Assembly: GCA_965212015.1 (NCBI GenBank)
Contig: OZ243037.1
Coordinates: forward strand, 1,568,001-1,632,000
Reading direction: 5' to 3'
Source of the DNA: Cenarchaeum sp.
Lineage (GTDB): Archaea; Thermoproteota; Nitrososphaeria; Nitrososphaerales; Nitrosopumilaceae
Length of the DNA: 64,000 nt
Shown here: piece by piece, positions 1 to 9,901 of the stretch
Layout of the letters: every line of letters starts with the position of its first letter
How positions within the stretch are numbered: the first letter of the stretch is position 1
Made by a program: the position numbers and the translations under genes
Notes under the pieces: generated by a model
Seen by the model: the letters and a program-made list of their open reading frames with translations, nothing else
What the model was told of the DNA's origin: nothing
Database searches by the model: none

Positions 1-52
1 ACTGCGCCACCGCTCGCAGTAAACGCTATACGACGGCCCGTAACGGTATGGG

Positions 53-589
53 GTGATGAAAAAGCAAAGACTGCCCGCACGGCGGGCCTATCTGATATTT
101 GGCACAGCGGCCCTTGCCATTGCGTTTGCATACTCTTATCTTGACTCTGACATGTCGCCTGACTCTGCGGGAACGGACGACTCTGCCGCACAGTATGCAC
201 ACATGGAGCATCCGCCGGATGGGGCCGCGATACACGGAAGGATTACCGGGATAATCGACGGCGATACGCTTGAAATTGACGGCACGCGAATAAGGCTGGC
301 CCTTGTGGATGCCCCAGAACGCGGTGATGCGGGATACCGCGAGGCGGCAGAGTTTGCAAGAGAAGAGTGTCCGGTGGATTCTGCCGCAATGTACGATGTG
401 GATGACGGGCAAAAAGAAGGCTCGTATGGCAGGATTATCGCAAAGGTGTGGTGTTTTAAAAATTCAGATGTGGCGCCTGCCGAGTCGCTAAACAGCAGGC
501 TTGTGGGTTTGGGCCATGCAGAGATTATCCCGCACTTCTGCAAGACCAGCGAGTACGGCGGCGAGAAATGGGCCTCCGGCCGGTGTTGA
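53..589 (+). CDS. Thermonuclease (SNase-like) family protein, N-terminally membrane-anchored
   Basis: Motifs IIDGDTL..IRLALVDAPE, YGRIIAKV and LNSRLVGLGHA; hydrophobic N-terminus. Confidence 0.85.
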   Translation: MMKKQRLPARRAYLIFGTAALAIAFAYSYLDSDMSPDSAGTDDSAAQYAHMEHPPDGAAIHGRITGIIDGDTLEIDGTRIRLALVDAPERGDAGYREAAEFAREECPVDSAAMYDVDDGQKEGSYGRIIAKVWCFKNSDVAPAESLNSRLVGLGHAEIIPHFCKTSEYGGEKWASGRC

Positions 590-659
590 GGATACGCAGG
601 GACACCGGCGCAGACGAATGCTCAGTATTGCTTAAAACTGCGGGACTGTAGCATCTGTA

Positions 660-863
660 ATGAAGGCCCGGTTTGTCCTGCTTGCCATACTCTCCGGCGT
701 CTTTATGATCGCCTTCCTGCCGGTGGGGATTTTGTTCTTTGTACTGGTCTGCATGTATTATCTTAAATCAGAGACCCGGGACGATTCAGGCGGGGCATAT
801 CCTGACTTTCAAAAACTACTTGGCAGCCGGGGCTATGCTGATGCCCAAAAGCGCCTGAAATAA
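660..863 (+). CDS. Small hypothetical membrane protein
   Basis: 67-aa ORF with a long hydrophobic N-terminal half; TATA-like CTTAAAA at ~631. Confidence 0.55.
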   Translation: MKARFVLLAILSGVFMIAFLPVGILFFVLVCMYYLKSETRDDSGGAYPDFQKLLGSRGYADAQKRLK

Positions 864-898
864 TGCCGGCCGGCTGCAAAAGCCGAATCTAAATGAAG

Positions 899-982
899 CG
901 CAGAGAGAGGGATTCGAACCCCCGCGCGATTGCTCACACAGGCTCTCAAGGCCCGCGCCCTACCAGGCTAGGCGACCTCTGC
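899..982 (-). tRNA. tRNA-Ser(TGA)
   Basis: Reverse complement GCAGAGGTCGCCTAGCCTGGTAGGGCGCGGGC-CTTGAGA-GCCTG..long variable arm..GGTTCGAATCCCTCTCTCTGCG. Confidence 0.93.
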
Positions 983-1106
983 GAACTATATTTGTAACAA
1001 CCGATTAAAATTTGTTGAGATGGCGCGGCAGTAGCGGGCTGAGACATTCGGATCCGCGGGCCTCGTGTGTGTGCGGCAGATACAAAATAAAAAGAGAAAA
1101 AAAAGA

Positions 1107-1640
1107 CTAGTGTGCGTGTGGATTGGCAGAGCTGCCCTTCATCTGTACGAACGTTCCGTCTGCCTTTTCGTGGTGTTCCTGGTATGACGGTTCAATCAGG
1201 ATTGCCTTTTCCGGGCAGGCCTCCTGGCACGCCATGCACTGAGTGCAGTCGTGCTCCCTGATTGGCTGCGACTTGTCAGAATAGTCTAGACGTTCGTCCT
1301 GTTCAGTTAGTCCGGTTCCCTCAAAGGTATCGTCGAGACACTTGTCTGCCGAGACGTCCTTTTCGGTCCTGTACCACTGAAATGTCTGGACGGGACATAC
1401 GCTCATGCATGATCCTTGGGCCGTACAGTCGTCCCAGTCCACTGCGACTACCGTGCCGTGGATGCCGAGAGGAACCTGCTTTTCACCGTGTGCCTCGTAC
1501 GCCTCTTTTACCTGATCGTTGCTAAATGCCGCCCCGTCTTTTTTGCCCTTGCCCCAAATGAAGTGCTTGTTTTCACCGTCTGAGTGACTCGTCTTTCCAG
1601 TCACCTTGAGATTTTCGACAAATTTGTCATCAATTGGCAT
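1107..1640 (-). CDS. Zinc-type (Zfx-like) dicluster ferredoxin, copy 1
   Basis: GIHGTVVAVDWDDCTAQGSCMSVCP and CTQCMACQEACP motifs; His-containing N-terminal extension as in Sulfolobales Zfx. Confidence 0.88.
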   Translation of the reverse strand: MPIDDKFVENLKVTGKTSHSDGENKHFIWGKGKKDGAAFSNDQVKEAYEAHGEKQVPLGIHGTVVAVDWDDCTAQGSCMSVCPVQTFQWYRTEKDVSADKCLDDTFEGTGLTEQDERLDYSDKSQPIREHDCTQCMACQEACPEKAILIEPSYQEHHEKADGTFVQMKGSSANPHAH

Positions 1641-1656
1641 GGATTAAAACCCATTT

Positions 1657-1695
1657 GGATAATATTTAAATCTAGACAAACTTAGTTTGGACTAA
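1657..1695 (-). promoter_or_regulatory. Ferredoxin 1 promoter (TATA) with upstream palindrome TTAGT-N4-ACTAA
   Basis: TTTAAATA box ~25 nt upstream of the ATG; palindrome at 1682-1695. Confidence 0.6.
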
Positions 1696-1740
1696 ATTAT
1701 TGCCAGGATATCAAAGAAAAAACCGGATCTGCTCGGGTGC

Positions 1741-2277
1741 CTAGTCGTGTGAGTGGGGATTGTGCGATCCCGATTCCATCTTTACAAACGTGCCTGCCGC
1801 CTTTTCGTGGTGCTCCAGACATGACTGGTCCACCTTGATGGCCTGGGGCGGACACACAGAGACGCAGGCCATGCACCAGATGCAGTCGTGCTCCCTGATT
1901 ACGTCTGCCTTGTCGCTATGATCCTTTCTCTCCTCCTTTACGGTACTGCCGGTCCCCTCAAAGGTCTCGTGGATGGCCTGTATGGCAGGAATGTCCTTTT
2001 CGGTCCTGTACCACTGGAACACCTGGACCGGACATGCCTCGATACACGCGCCGTCGGCCACGCAAGAGTCCCAGTCCACTGCCACCATGGTCCCGCTGAT
2101 GCCTAGGGGCTCGAATTTCTCGCCATGCGCCTTGTATGCTGCCTGTACCTCGTCGCTAGTTGCAGTCTCGGCGTCACCCCTGCCCGGACCCCAGACAAAA
2201 TGAAAATGCTCCCCGTCTGCATGCTTTATCTTTCCGATGGGCTTTAGACCCTCCGGGAAATTTTCCGCAATCGGCAT
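1741..2277 (-). CDS. Zinc-type (Zfx-like) dicluster ferredoxin, copy 2
   Basis: CVADGACIEACP and CIWCMACVSVCP; clear paralog of 1107-1640. Confidence 0.9.
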   Translation of the reverse strand: MPIAENFPEGLKPIGKIKHADGEHFHFVWGPGRGDAETATSDEVQAAYKAHGEKFEPLGISGTMVAVDWDSCVADGACIEACPVQVFQWYRTEKDIPAIQAIHETFEGTGSTVKEERKDHSDKADVIREHDCIWCMACVSVCPPQAIKVDQSCLEHHEKAAGTFVKMESGSHNPHSHD

Positions 2278-2459
2278 GAGTCTGAAAACTTGAGGATATT
2301 ATTTAAATCTAGGCAATACGTCCGTGCGGGGCCGCACCCAGTTGGGCGCGAATCGCACGGGTCCTAGGCGGCCCGGAGGGGCCGCCCGGGTATAAAAGCA
2401 TGCAGGCAGCCCAATCATACGCATATCCCTACGTTCATATTTTTTAGAATACCAGTTGA

Positions 2460-3128
2460 TTGGTGGATATTTTTACGTACGACGTGTACCGTGGCCCGAA
2501 TATCGGAATCTATGCCACGGTAAACGATGAAAAGATCTTTTTGCCCAGGGGCTTTGCAAAATCAAAGGCCTCCAATCTGGAAAAATACCTCGATGCCGAG
2601 GCGCTTTATACCTCGGTAGCAAACACGAGGCTGATGGGAATACTGATGGTGGTAAACAACCACGGGATTTTGCTGCCAAACACCATCTCAGAGATGGAGC
2701 TGGAATTTTACAAAAAGCACACGGATCTCAACGTCGCCGTCCTGGATACAAAGTTTACCGCGCTGGGAAACATGATAAGCGCCAACGACAAGGGCTGCGT
2801 GGTCTCGCCGGTAATCCCGAAAAAGCAGGCCGAACAGGTATCTGATGTACTTGACGTGGAGGTCATACAAAAGAGGATAGCAGGATACGATCAGATCGGG
2901 GCAATGATGACGGCGACATCGCACGGCGGTATAATACACCCAGAGACTGACGACGCAGACGTCAGAAAAATCTCCGACGTCCTGGGCATAAACATGGAGC
3001 CGGCCACCATCAACGGCGGAATACCGTTTGTCGCATCCGGGGTGCTGGCCAACAACAAGAGCATGGTGGTGGGATCCTTTACTAGCGGCCCGGAGATAAT
3101 GATGCTCACAAGGGCCTTTGCAGGCTAG
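2460..3128 (+). CDS. eif6: Translation initiation factor 6 (aIF6)
   Basis: PNIGIY, ALGNMISANDKG, ATINGGIPFVASG, TSGPE motifs. Confidence 0.93.
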   Translation: MVDIFTYDVYRGPNIGIYATVNDEKIFLPRGFAKSKASNLEKYLDAEALYTSVANTRLMGILMVVNNHGILLPNTISEMELEFYKKHTDLNVAVLDTKFTALGNMISANDKGCVVSPVIPKKQAEQVSDVLDVEVIQKRIAGYDQIGAMMTATSHGGIIHPETDDADVRKISDVLGINMEPATINGGIPFVASGVLANNKSMVVGSFTSGPEIMMLTRAFAG

Positions 3129-4408
3129 GCGTCACAAAGATACTTGCCTGCGTCCCCCAAAAGCTCGTCGATACTTACTGCGGATTCCGTCCCGTCTGCC
3201 ATGTTTTTGAGCACTATCTGGCCCCGGCTTGCCTCCTTGGGGCCCACTATCACTGCCAGGCCTGCGTCTGAGGCCGCCTCCATCTGCTTTTTCAGGCTCC
3301 TTCCCACAAGATCAATCTCTACTGGTATGTTTTTTGCGCGAATGCGTGACGCAAGATTCATCGCCTGCCTTTGCATGTCAGCATTCACATACAGCACTGC
3401 AATCTTTTGCACTTTGGGTGCGTGCCGTATGCCCTGCTCGTCCATCGCAAGTATCATCCGCTCCACGCCGCCTGCAATCCCCGTCGCGCCAATGTCGTCG
3501 CGCCCAAACGCCCTTGTCAGCTTGTCGTACCTGCCCCCGCCTGCAAGGGCGCCGAGCTTTGAGCTTGTATCGAACACCTCAAAGACCGTCCCCGAATAAT
3601 AGTCCAGTCCGCGGACAATCCCAAAGTTTATCGCGATATTGTCAACAGAGCGGTTTTGCAGCAGGATCCAAAGCTGCTCTAGATAGTCCCATGATTCCAG
3701 CCCCGATACGTCGGTTCTGGCCCTTACCTGTTCTGGCGTTCCTGCAATCGTGGCAAAGTCCAGCAGGTTCTGCGCAAACTCTTGCGGCACGTGCCTGTAT
3801 TCTGCGAGCAGGCTCTCCCTTGGCTTTTTTGCCGCCTTGTCGACAAGCCTGAACGAGTCGGCGAATATCTCCTCCTGCCGCCCCGGATCAAAATCCGGGT
3901 AATTCTTGCGGATATAGGACTCTACAAGCCTGCGGTGGTTGATCTGAATCTCGATGCCCTCGAGGCCTAGGTCCCCGAACAGCCTGGATGTAAACTCGAT
4001 CACCTCGGATTCGGACTCTGGACTGGGCCTTCCGAAAATCTCAATGTTCCACTGGTGAAAAAACCGGTATCTCCCCCTTTGCGGCTCGTCGTACCGGAAC
4101 ACGCCCCCAAACGAGCCGAGCTTTGCGGGAAGCTTTAGCGACTGCTGGGATGCGACGTACCTGGTCAGGCCGACGGTAAAGTCAAAGCGCAGCGCCACAT
4201 CGCGCATGCCCTTGTCCTTGAAGAAATAAATCTCGTCTTTTATCGCGGATCCGGACTTTGCCTCCAGCGTCGAGAGCGATTCAATCGGCGAGGGCTCCAT
4301 CATTTTGAATGAAAACAGCCTTGCAGTCTGGATGAATTTTTCCCTGACGGCCTCTATCCTTGAGGCCTCCTCCGGCGCAAAATCCTTCATTCCGCGTGGC
4401 AGTTCCAA
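3125..4408 (-). CDS. hisS: Histidyl-tRNA synthetase
   Basis: PRGMKDF, LRFDFT, FRYDEPQRGRYR, RGLDYYSG, GGGRYD. Confidence 0.97.
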   Translation of the reverse strand: MELPRGMKDFAPEEASRIEAVREKFIQTARLFSFKMMEPSPIESLSTLEAKSGSAIKDEIYFFKDKGMRDVALRFDFTVGLTRYVASQQSLKLPAKLGSFGGVFRYDEPQRGRYRFFHQWNIEIFGRPSPESESEVIEFTSRLFGDLGLEGIEIQINHRRLVESYIRKNYPDFDPGRQEEIFADSFRLVDKAAKKPRESLLAEYRHVPQEFAQNLLDFATIAGTPEQVRARTDVSGLESWDYLEQLWILLQNRSVDNIAINFGIVRGLDYYSGTVFEVFDTSSKLGALAGGGRYDKLTRAFGRDDIGATGIAGGVERMILAMDEQGIRHAPKVQKIAVLYVNADMQRQAMNLASRIRAKNIPVEIDLVGRSLKKQMEAASDAGLAVIVGPKEASRGQIVLKNMADGTESAVSIDELLGDAGKYLCDA

Positions 4409-4539
4409 ACCAACTTGGGAGTCGGGATCTACTGATTTAAGATTTTGGGAGGCCCGCCGGGACGGCGTATCGGGATTGTCTTGATCCCCCGGCCAGACTC
4501 CTAAAACAGATTAATTACTGGGCTTGTTTTCTGCCTCTT

Positions 4540-5445
4540 GTGGATTCAAAGTTCATCTGGCTTGACGGCGAATTTGTCGCACACGACAGGGCAACGGTGC
4601 CGATTACCACGCATGCCATCCACTACGGGACGTCGGTATTTGAGGGGGTAAGGGCGTACTGGAACTCGGAGAACCTGCACGTCTTTAGGCTGCCTGAGCA
4701 CATCAGGCGGTTCAGGCGATCGGGGGAGTACTATTCAATGTCGCTGAACTTTACAGACGATCAGATAAGGGACGCCGTCATAAACCTGTGCAAAAAAAAC
4801 AAGACCAGACAATCGTGCTATATCAGGCCGTTTTATTTCGTAGGCCAGCACGGGATCAACTTGCATGTGACAAAAAAGACCCCCACGGTTGCGGCCATTA
4901 TCATGTTTCCGCTGGGGGACCTGTTTGACAAGGGCGGCATTACTGCGGCCGTGTCGTCCTGGAGAAAGTTCTCAGATGCGTCCACCCCGACGCAGGCAAA
5001 GATGGGGGGCAACTATCTCAACTCGATAATCTCCACGCAGGAGGCAAAGGGCAGGGGATTTGACGAGGCGATACTGCTGGACTTGCAGGGATATGTAAGT
5101 GAGGCCCCCGGCGAGAACATTTTTGTCGTAAAGGACGGCCACCTGACTACCCCGCCTGCCTCGCCTGCGCTGGACGGAATCACGCGCGACTCTATTCTTG
5201 GGATTGCCGGGGATTCGGGATACAAGGTGTCGGTTAAAAAATTCAGAAAACAGACGCTGTATCGTGCCGACGAGGTATTTCTTTGCGGCACGGCGGCTGA
5301 AATTACCCCGGTAGTCAAAGTCGACGGAAAAAAGATCGGCGACGGCAAGGCAGGCAAGACTACCAAAAGCCTGATGGGCGCGTATGCCAGAATCGTGGCA
5401 GGCGGGGATTCAAGGTACGCCGGATGGCTGACTGCGGTATATTGA
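4540..5445 (+). CDS. ilvE: Branched-chain amino acid aminotransferase
   Basis: HYGTSVFEG, KMGGNY, EAPGENIF, LDGITR, GTAAEITP. Confidence 0.95.
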   Translation: MDSKFIWLDGEFVAHDRATVPITTHAIHYGTSVFEGVRAYWNSENLHVFRLPEHIRRFRRSGEYYSMSLNFTDDQIRDAVINLCKKNKTRQSCYIRPFYFVGQHGINLHVTKKTPTVAAIIMFPLGDLFDKGGITAAVSSWRKFSDASTPTQAKMGGNYLNSIISTQEAKGRGFDEAILLDLQGYVSEAPGENIFVVKDGHLTTPPASPALDGITRDSILGIAGDSGYKVSVKKFRKQTLYRADEVFLCGTAAEITPVVKVDGKKIGDGKAGKTTKSLMGAYARIVAGGDSRYAGWLTAVY

Positions 5446-5461
5446 CTGCGGTATATTGACT
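5429..5461 (+). repeat. 14-bp tandem duplication across the ilvE stop codon
   Basis: TGACTGCGGTATAT x2 followed by TGACT. Confidence 0.85.
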
Positions 5462-5577
5462 ACAGGCCGGATGCGGACTGTCACGGCGGCTAGAATCCGG
5501 CTGCGGCACGCCTCTGCCTTGATCGCCTGAATCGGCACTTTTATCAAGCCAAAAAGTCCACGGTTTGCTTGTCTAAA

Positions 5578-5847
5578 ATGAACAGGAAAATGATGGACAT
5601 TCTGGCGTGTCCTATTGACAAGCACGCGCCGCTGGAGATCTTTGAGTGCAAGGCCAAAGACGAGACAGTCAGTGAGGGGGCGCTCTACTGCACAGAGTGC
5701 ACTAGGTTCTATCCCATAATCGACGACATTCCAATCATGCTGCCCGACGAGCTAAGGGACAAGGGACAGGACATGGACTTTCTGAGGGCCAACATGGGGG
5801 CGCTTCCAGAAAAAATAACCAAGCAGTCGATGCCGTGGCACGTGTGA
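5578..5847 (+). CDS. Trm112 family methyltransferase activator
   Basis: ILACPIDK..EGALYCTEC.RFYPIIDDIPIML. Confidence 0.9.
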   Translation: MNRKMMDILACPIDKHAPLEIFECKAKDETVSEGALYCTECTRFYPIIDDIPIMLPDELRDKGQDMDFLRANMGALPEKITKQSMPWHV

Positions 5848-5929
5848 CTATACGATGCGGATTTTTCCGGCATGATTCGTCCTGCGCGGGACTAGCTCCA
5901 TTAATTAGATGTGACTGCAACCAGGGTGC

Positions 5930-7087
5930 ATGCCACAAAACCCTGCTGATGTCAAGAGGGCGATGGAGGCAAAATGGAACAGGTACCTGTCCCGGTACGG
6001 AAACCTCTTTTCATCAGACAGCCTGAGCGGCTCTAGCCCGCCTTCTGTGTTTGTCGGATCATACGACTATCCAAAGGTAAACGTCGGGCCGATGCTCCCC
6101 CCGGTCCACGGGGACACGTCCATCCTTGATGCGCCAGAAAAATGGGCCGGCAAGACGCTCGGCGAGATTGTAAACTTTAGGCTGGGTCTGGTCAGGGGAG
6201 TCCAAAAAATCCCGGCACACAGGCCGGAGGGCCGCTATATCGAGAACCTGCAGGACATGGAAATGTCCTGCCGTCCCGCCGACTCTGACATACAGTTTGA
6301 AAAACCCGCATCCCCCGTGTCGCTAATAGACGGGTATGCCGCCCCGTTTGGGCCGATCGGGCAGATAAAGCGCGCGAAATTCTCAAACCCTCCGGCCGAG
6401 GGCCGGATTGAAAAGGTGTACTATGACAGGGATCTCAGGGCAGACGACGCAGTCCTAAAGCTTTACAACGGCGGAATAGAGATCTCGAAAATCCAGAAAT
6501 GCCTCTCGATTGGAATGATGGGCCGCAAAAGAAGGCTTGTTCCCACCCGCTGGAGCATCACTGCCACTGACGACATTGTATCAAGATCGCTAATTGACGG
6601 CATACTGGATGCGCCGGTAATCGACTCGCACAGGGTCTTTTTTTTCGGGCACCTGGGAAACCTGTTCTCGGTGGTGCTGTTTCCGCACAGGTGGATTTAC
6701 GAGATGATTGAGGCGTGGTATTCTGACGGGGTTCCCGGTTTTGGCTCTGATCACGAGGATTCGCGGGGAATGAACCACACGCCTGCAATTGCGGGGGCCT
6801 ATTTTGCAGCAAAGCTGGCAGTCGGGGAGTATCTTGCAGAAAACAAGATACAGGCAGGCGTGCTGGTGCTGCGCGAGATACGCCCCGAATACGCAGTCCC
6901 GGTGGGGGTCTGGCAGATAAGGGAGGGAGTCCGGCAGGCAATGCGGCAGGCGCCTGCGATTAAAGACGACATGGAGCACAGCCTTGATGCGGCATGCAGG
7001 CATTTGGGCATCTCAAAGAACGAGTGGCTCTCGCACGGCGTGATTCTCAGGATGATGAGGCAAAAGACAATCACGGATTTTTTCTAG
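5930..7087 (+). CDS. Nre family DNA repair protein with C-terminal PIP box
   Basis: SPPSVFVGSYDYP, LVPTRWSITATD, PVGVWQIRE; C-terminal QKTITDFF. Confidence 0.9.
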   Translation: MPQNPADVKRAMEAKWNRYLSRYGNLFSSDSLSGSSPPSVFVGSYDYPKVNVGPMLPPVHGDTSILDAPEKWAGKTLGEIVNFRLGLVRGVQKIPAHRPEGRYIENLQDMEMSCRPADSDIQFEKPASPVSLIDGYAAPFGPIGQIKRAKFSNPPAEGRIEKVYYDRDLRADDAVLKLYNGGIEISKIQKCLSIGMMGRKRRLVPTRWSITATDDIVSRSLIDGILDAPVIDSHRVFFFGHLGNLFSVVLFPHRWIYEMIEAWYSDGVPGFGSDHEDSRGMNHTPAIAGAYFAAKLAVGEYLAENKIQAGVLVLREIRPEYAVPVGVWQIREGVRQAMRQAPAIKDDMEHSLDAACRHLGISKNEWLSHGVILRMMRQKTITDFF

Positions 7088-7109
7088 AATCTGCAGCCGT
7101 CTGCGCGTA

Positions 7110-7694
7110 TCACGTCAGGACGGCCTCTCCAAAGTATACCCCAAAGGGCTGGCAGTAGATTACCACCGTATCATACACGTCAGTATCGATGTCGCCCAGG
7201 GGATAGTTCTGGGATCCCACGCTGCCCTTGAGCTTTGCCAGCTGGATTCCCTGGTTTACGTCCCCGCCCTGCGTGACGTATACCCTGAGATCTGGCCCGT
7301 TTGTAACCTCGAAATTCTCAAACCTGAGATACGCGTCGCCCCCCACATCCAGGACCAGCGCGTCGCCGCCGGCACGGTGTCCCGCCAGCCCGTCGAATTG
7401 GCCGGACTTTGGAGTAATCGTCCACGCCTCATCCATCTCCTCTGAGACGGTGCTGGGCAGTTTTGCCGACTCCATTATCTTTTCTTTTTGCTCATCTGAC
7501 ATTGTGTCTACCAGAATCACCCTCGAATCCTCATCCATGCTTGCAAACTTTTCAAGTGTAATGTCTTTTGCCGTGCCCTCTGGCGGAACCGGCAGCTCCT
7601 CGTTTACCTCGGTGTCATAAAACAGCGGACTGGCAAGCGCGCCGCCTACTATGGCTATTGCAACTGCAATGCCGGCTATCACGATCCTGTTCAT
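7110..7694 (-). CDS. DM13 domain-containing exported protein
   Basis: N-terminal TM segment; LRFENF..NGPDLRVY, LKG..GSQNY, VVIYCQPFGVYFG. Confidence 0.88.
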   Translation of the reverse strand: MNRIVIAGIAVAIAIVGGALASPLFYDTEVNEELPVPPEGTAKDITLEKFASMDEDSRVILVDTMSDEQKEKIMESAKLPSTVSEEMDEAWTITPKSGQFDGLAGHRAGGDALVLDVGGDAYLRFENFEVTNGPDLRVYVTQGGDVNQGIQLAKLKGSVGSQNYPLGDIDTDVYDTVVIYCQPFGVYFGEAVLT

Positions 7695-7802
7695 CTGTAT
7701 GGCCTGTTGCGGCTGCCTATATGTATTAATCCAAACGGGCGGGGCCGTCCCGGTGCCAAACCAAAGCCATGTTATTTATGTCCCGATCCGGCCTGAAAAA
7801 CC

Positions 7803-8723
7803 GTGCAGAACAAAAACCTCTTGGTTGCCATCGCGGTAATCTCCAGCCCCATAGTGTTTGCGCTTGTTGCATACTCGGACTCGTTTAGCCTCAGCTGGAA
7901 TCAGGGGCGCGGCGGGTTTCTGTTCGGCGTCGCATTCATTGTAGCCGAGCTAATCGGGCTGAGGATTGTAATCTCGAGGAGGAGAATCCTTGCCGCCGTC
8001 CCGCTGGCGGCTGCAACTATAGCATACATTGTGGCCATTGAAAACGGGCTGCGGCAGTACATCGAGGCGGGATCAGAGTTTTACAGCGTGCAGCTGGTGT
8101 TTTCGTGGATCTGGCTGTGGGATTTCATCGTCATGACGCTGTTCGTAATCGCCGTACTGAGCATCTATTTTGGCACCAAATGGATAAGAATCGCACCCGC
8201 CGGCCCGATCTTCCTTGGGGGAAGCGCGATAATCCTGTCCCTTGATGCGTTTTTCCCGTACGATTCGCTGGGGCCGCTGCAGTTTTTTGTCCCGTATCTG
8301 GTAGAGCTGAACGTGTGGCTTGTGGGCCTGTTTGATCTAGGGATGGCGACTGCGAGGGACAACCTGATGTTTCTGAGGGGCGACCACGGGCCGTTTGCCC
8401 TGCAGGTATTCTGGCCGTCTGCAGGCGTGCACAGCATAATCATCTATTCGCTAGTCATGATGGCGTTTTTGCTAAAGATGAACATAGCCCGGCCAAGAAA
8501 GCTGGCGTGGTTTGCAATAGGGATCATCGGCACCATAACGGTGAACGTAATCCGGATCTTTTCGCTTTCGTGGTACGCCCTCAAGGTCACAACAGATACG
8601 GCCAAATGGGAAGAGTTCCACTCTGTCGCCGGCGAGATAATGTTCCTGCCGTGGCTGTTCATATTCCTGATGATCGTAATGCTGGTGGAAAGCAGGAGGC
8701 TCCGCCGGCTTGAAAAGGCCTAG
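7803..8723 (+). CDS. Thaumarchaeosortase (exosortase/archaeosortase family)
   Basis: Multi-pass membrane protein; WNQGRGG, VFWPSAGVHS, NVIRI, EEFHSVAGE. Confidence 0.85.
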   Translation: MQNKNLLVAIAVISSPIVFALVAYSDSFSLSWNQGRGGFLFGVAFIVAELIGLRIVISRRRILAAVPLAAATIAYIVAIENGLRQYIEAGSEFYSVQLVFSWIWLWDFIVMTLFVIAVLSIYFGTKWIRIAPAGPIFLGGSAIILSLDAFFPYDSLGPLQFFVPYLVELNVWLVGLFDLGMATARDNLMFLRGDHGPFALQVFWPSAGVHSIIIYSLVMMAFLLKMNIARPRKLAWFAIGIIGTITVNVIRIFSLSWYALKVTTDTAKWEEFHSVAGEIMFLPWLFIFLMIVMLVESRRLRRLEKA

Positions 8724-9811
8724 CCGATGTAATCGTCCATCATGCTCTGGCCGCTGATATCTGACAGCTCAGACACCTTGACGCCCAGCCTGCGAACGGT
8801 CTTTTTTTGATCCTCGAGGGCCTCCAGGAGCAGCTGCTGCGCGTTTTTTTCAAGCTCTGCAAGACTCAAAGTCGGGTTTCGCAGCATCCTGGATCTGGAC
8901 CTTTGGGACAGATCAGAGTGGACAAACTGTATGCCGACTGACTTGTAGCGGCTATTGTTCTTTAAAATGATCTTGTGCAGCTCTGCGCATATCCTCACAA
9001 TGTTTTCTGCGAGGAATTCCGGCTCGTCTGAATCCCTCTTTAGCGTGACTATCTTGCTGTACTGTACGTTTGGCTCTTTTTCTGCGACGGGTTCCTCGTT
9101 GATTCCCCTGGCGGATCTGTGTATGTACGTGCCGGTCTTTCTTCCAAACATCTGCTGCAGTGCAAAGACGTCAAGGGACTGCAAGTCAGGTACGGTCTTG
9201 AGGCCCATCTCTGCAAAGATCTTTTCGGTCTTTTTTCCGATTCCCGGAATGTCCCTGATGTTCAGGGATTCCAGAAACGATCCGGTTTTATCCTGCGGCA
9301 CTACTGTCAGCCCGTCTGGTTTTTTATAGTCCGATGCGATTTTTGAGAGCAGCTTGTTGGGGGTGACGCCGACAGAGCAGGTAAGCCTTGTCTTGTCCCT
9401 TATGGCGTTTTTGATCTGCTGCGCCAGGTGAGCTGCCCTGTCATAGCCGCCGCCGGTCCTTTCTGTGACGTCCAGATACGCCTCGTCCCTGCCGACGTAC
9501 TCAAAGATGTCTGCAAATTCCGCCATGACGTCCATGGCCTTTTGCGACATGTCCGAGTAATAGCCAAAATCGGTGGGCAAAAACACCGTGCCCTCCTCCT
9601 GCATGCCCCTTGCAGTGCGTATCGGCATGCCGGATTTTATGCCGGACTTTCTTGCGGTATAGTTTGCAGTTGCGACTGCCCCGCTGTCGTTGCCCCTGTC
9701 TGAGAACACGCAGACCGCTATGGGCTTTGACTTTAGCTCCGGCCTGCGGATCTCCTCGCACTGGGCGTAAAAATAGTCGAAATCAACGTGAAGTATTATC
9801 CGGCCTCCCAT
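8720..9811 (-). CDS. dinB: Y-family DNA polymerase IV (Dpo4/Dbh)
   Basis: HVDFDYFYAQ, ANYTAR, GRDEAYLD, KIASDYKKPDG, PGIGKKT. Confidence 0.95.
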   Translation of the reverse strand: MGGRIILHVDFDYFYAQCEEIRRPELKSKPIAVCVFSDRGNDSGAVATANYTARKSGIKSGMPIRTARGMQEEGTVFLPTDFGYYSDMSQKAMDVMAEFADIFEYVGRDEAYLDVTERTGGGYDRAAHLAQQIKNAIRDKTRLTCSVGVTPNKLLSKIASDYKKPDGLTVVPQDKTGSFLESLNIRDIPGIGKKTEKIFAEMGLKTVPDLQSLDVFALQQMFGRKTGTYIHRSARGINEEPVAEKEPNVQYSKIVTLKRDSDEPEFLAENIVRICAELHKIILKNNSRYKSVGIQFVHSDLSQRSRSRMLRNPTLSLAELEKNAQQLLLEALEDQKKTVRRLGVKVSELSDISGQSMMDDYIG

Positions 9812-9901
9812 GATCCGTGTCAGTCAAAATGCCTTTTATAACATTCGAGCTGCGGCGCGATGTGAGGTTACTCTAAATACGACGCACGGCCTGCAGCCAT
9901 T

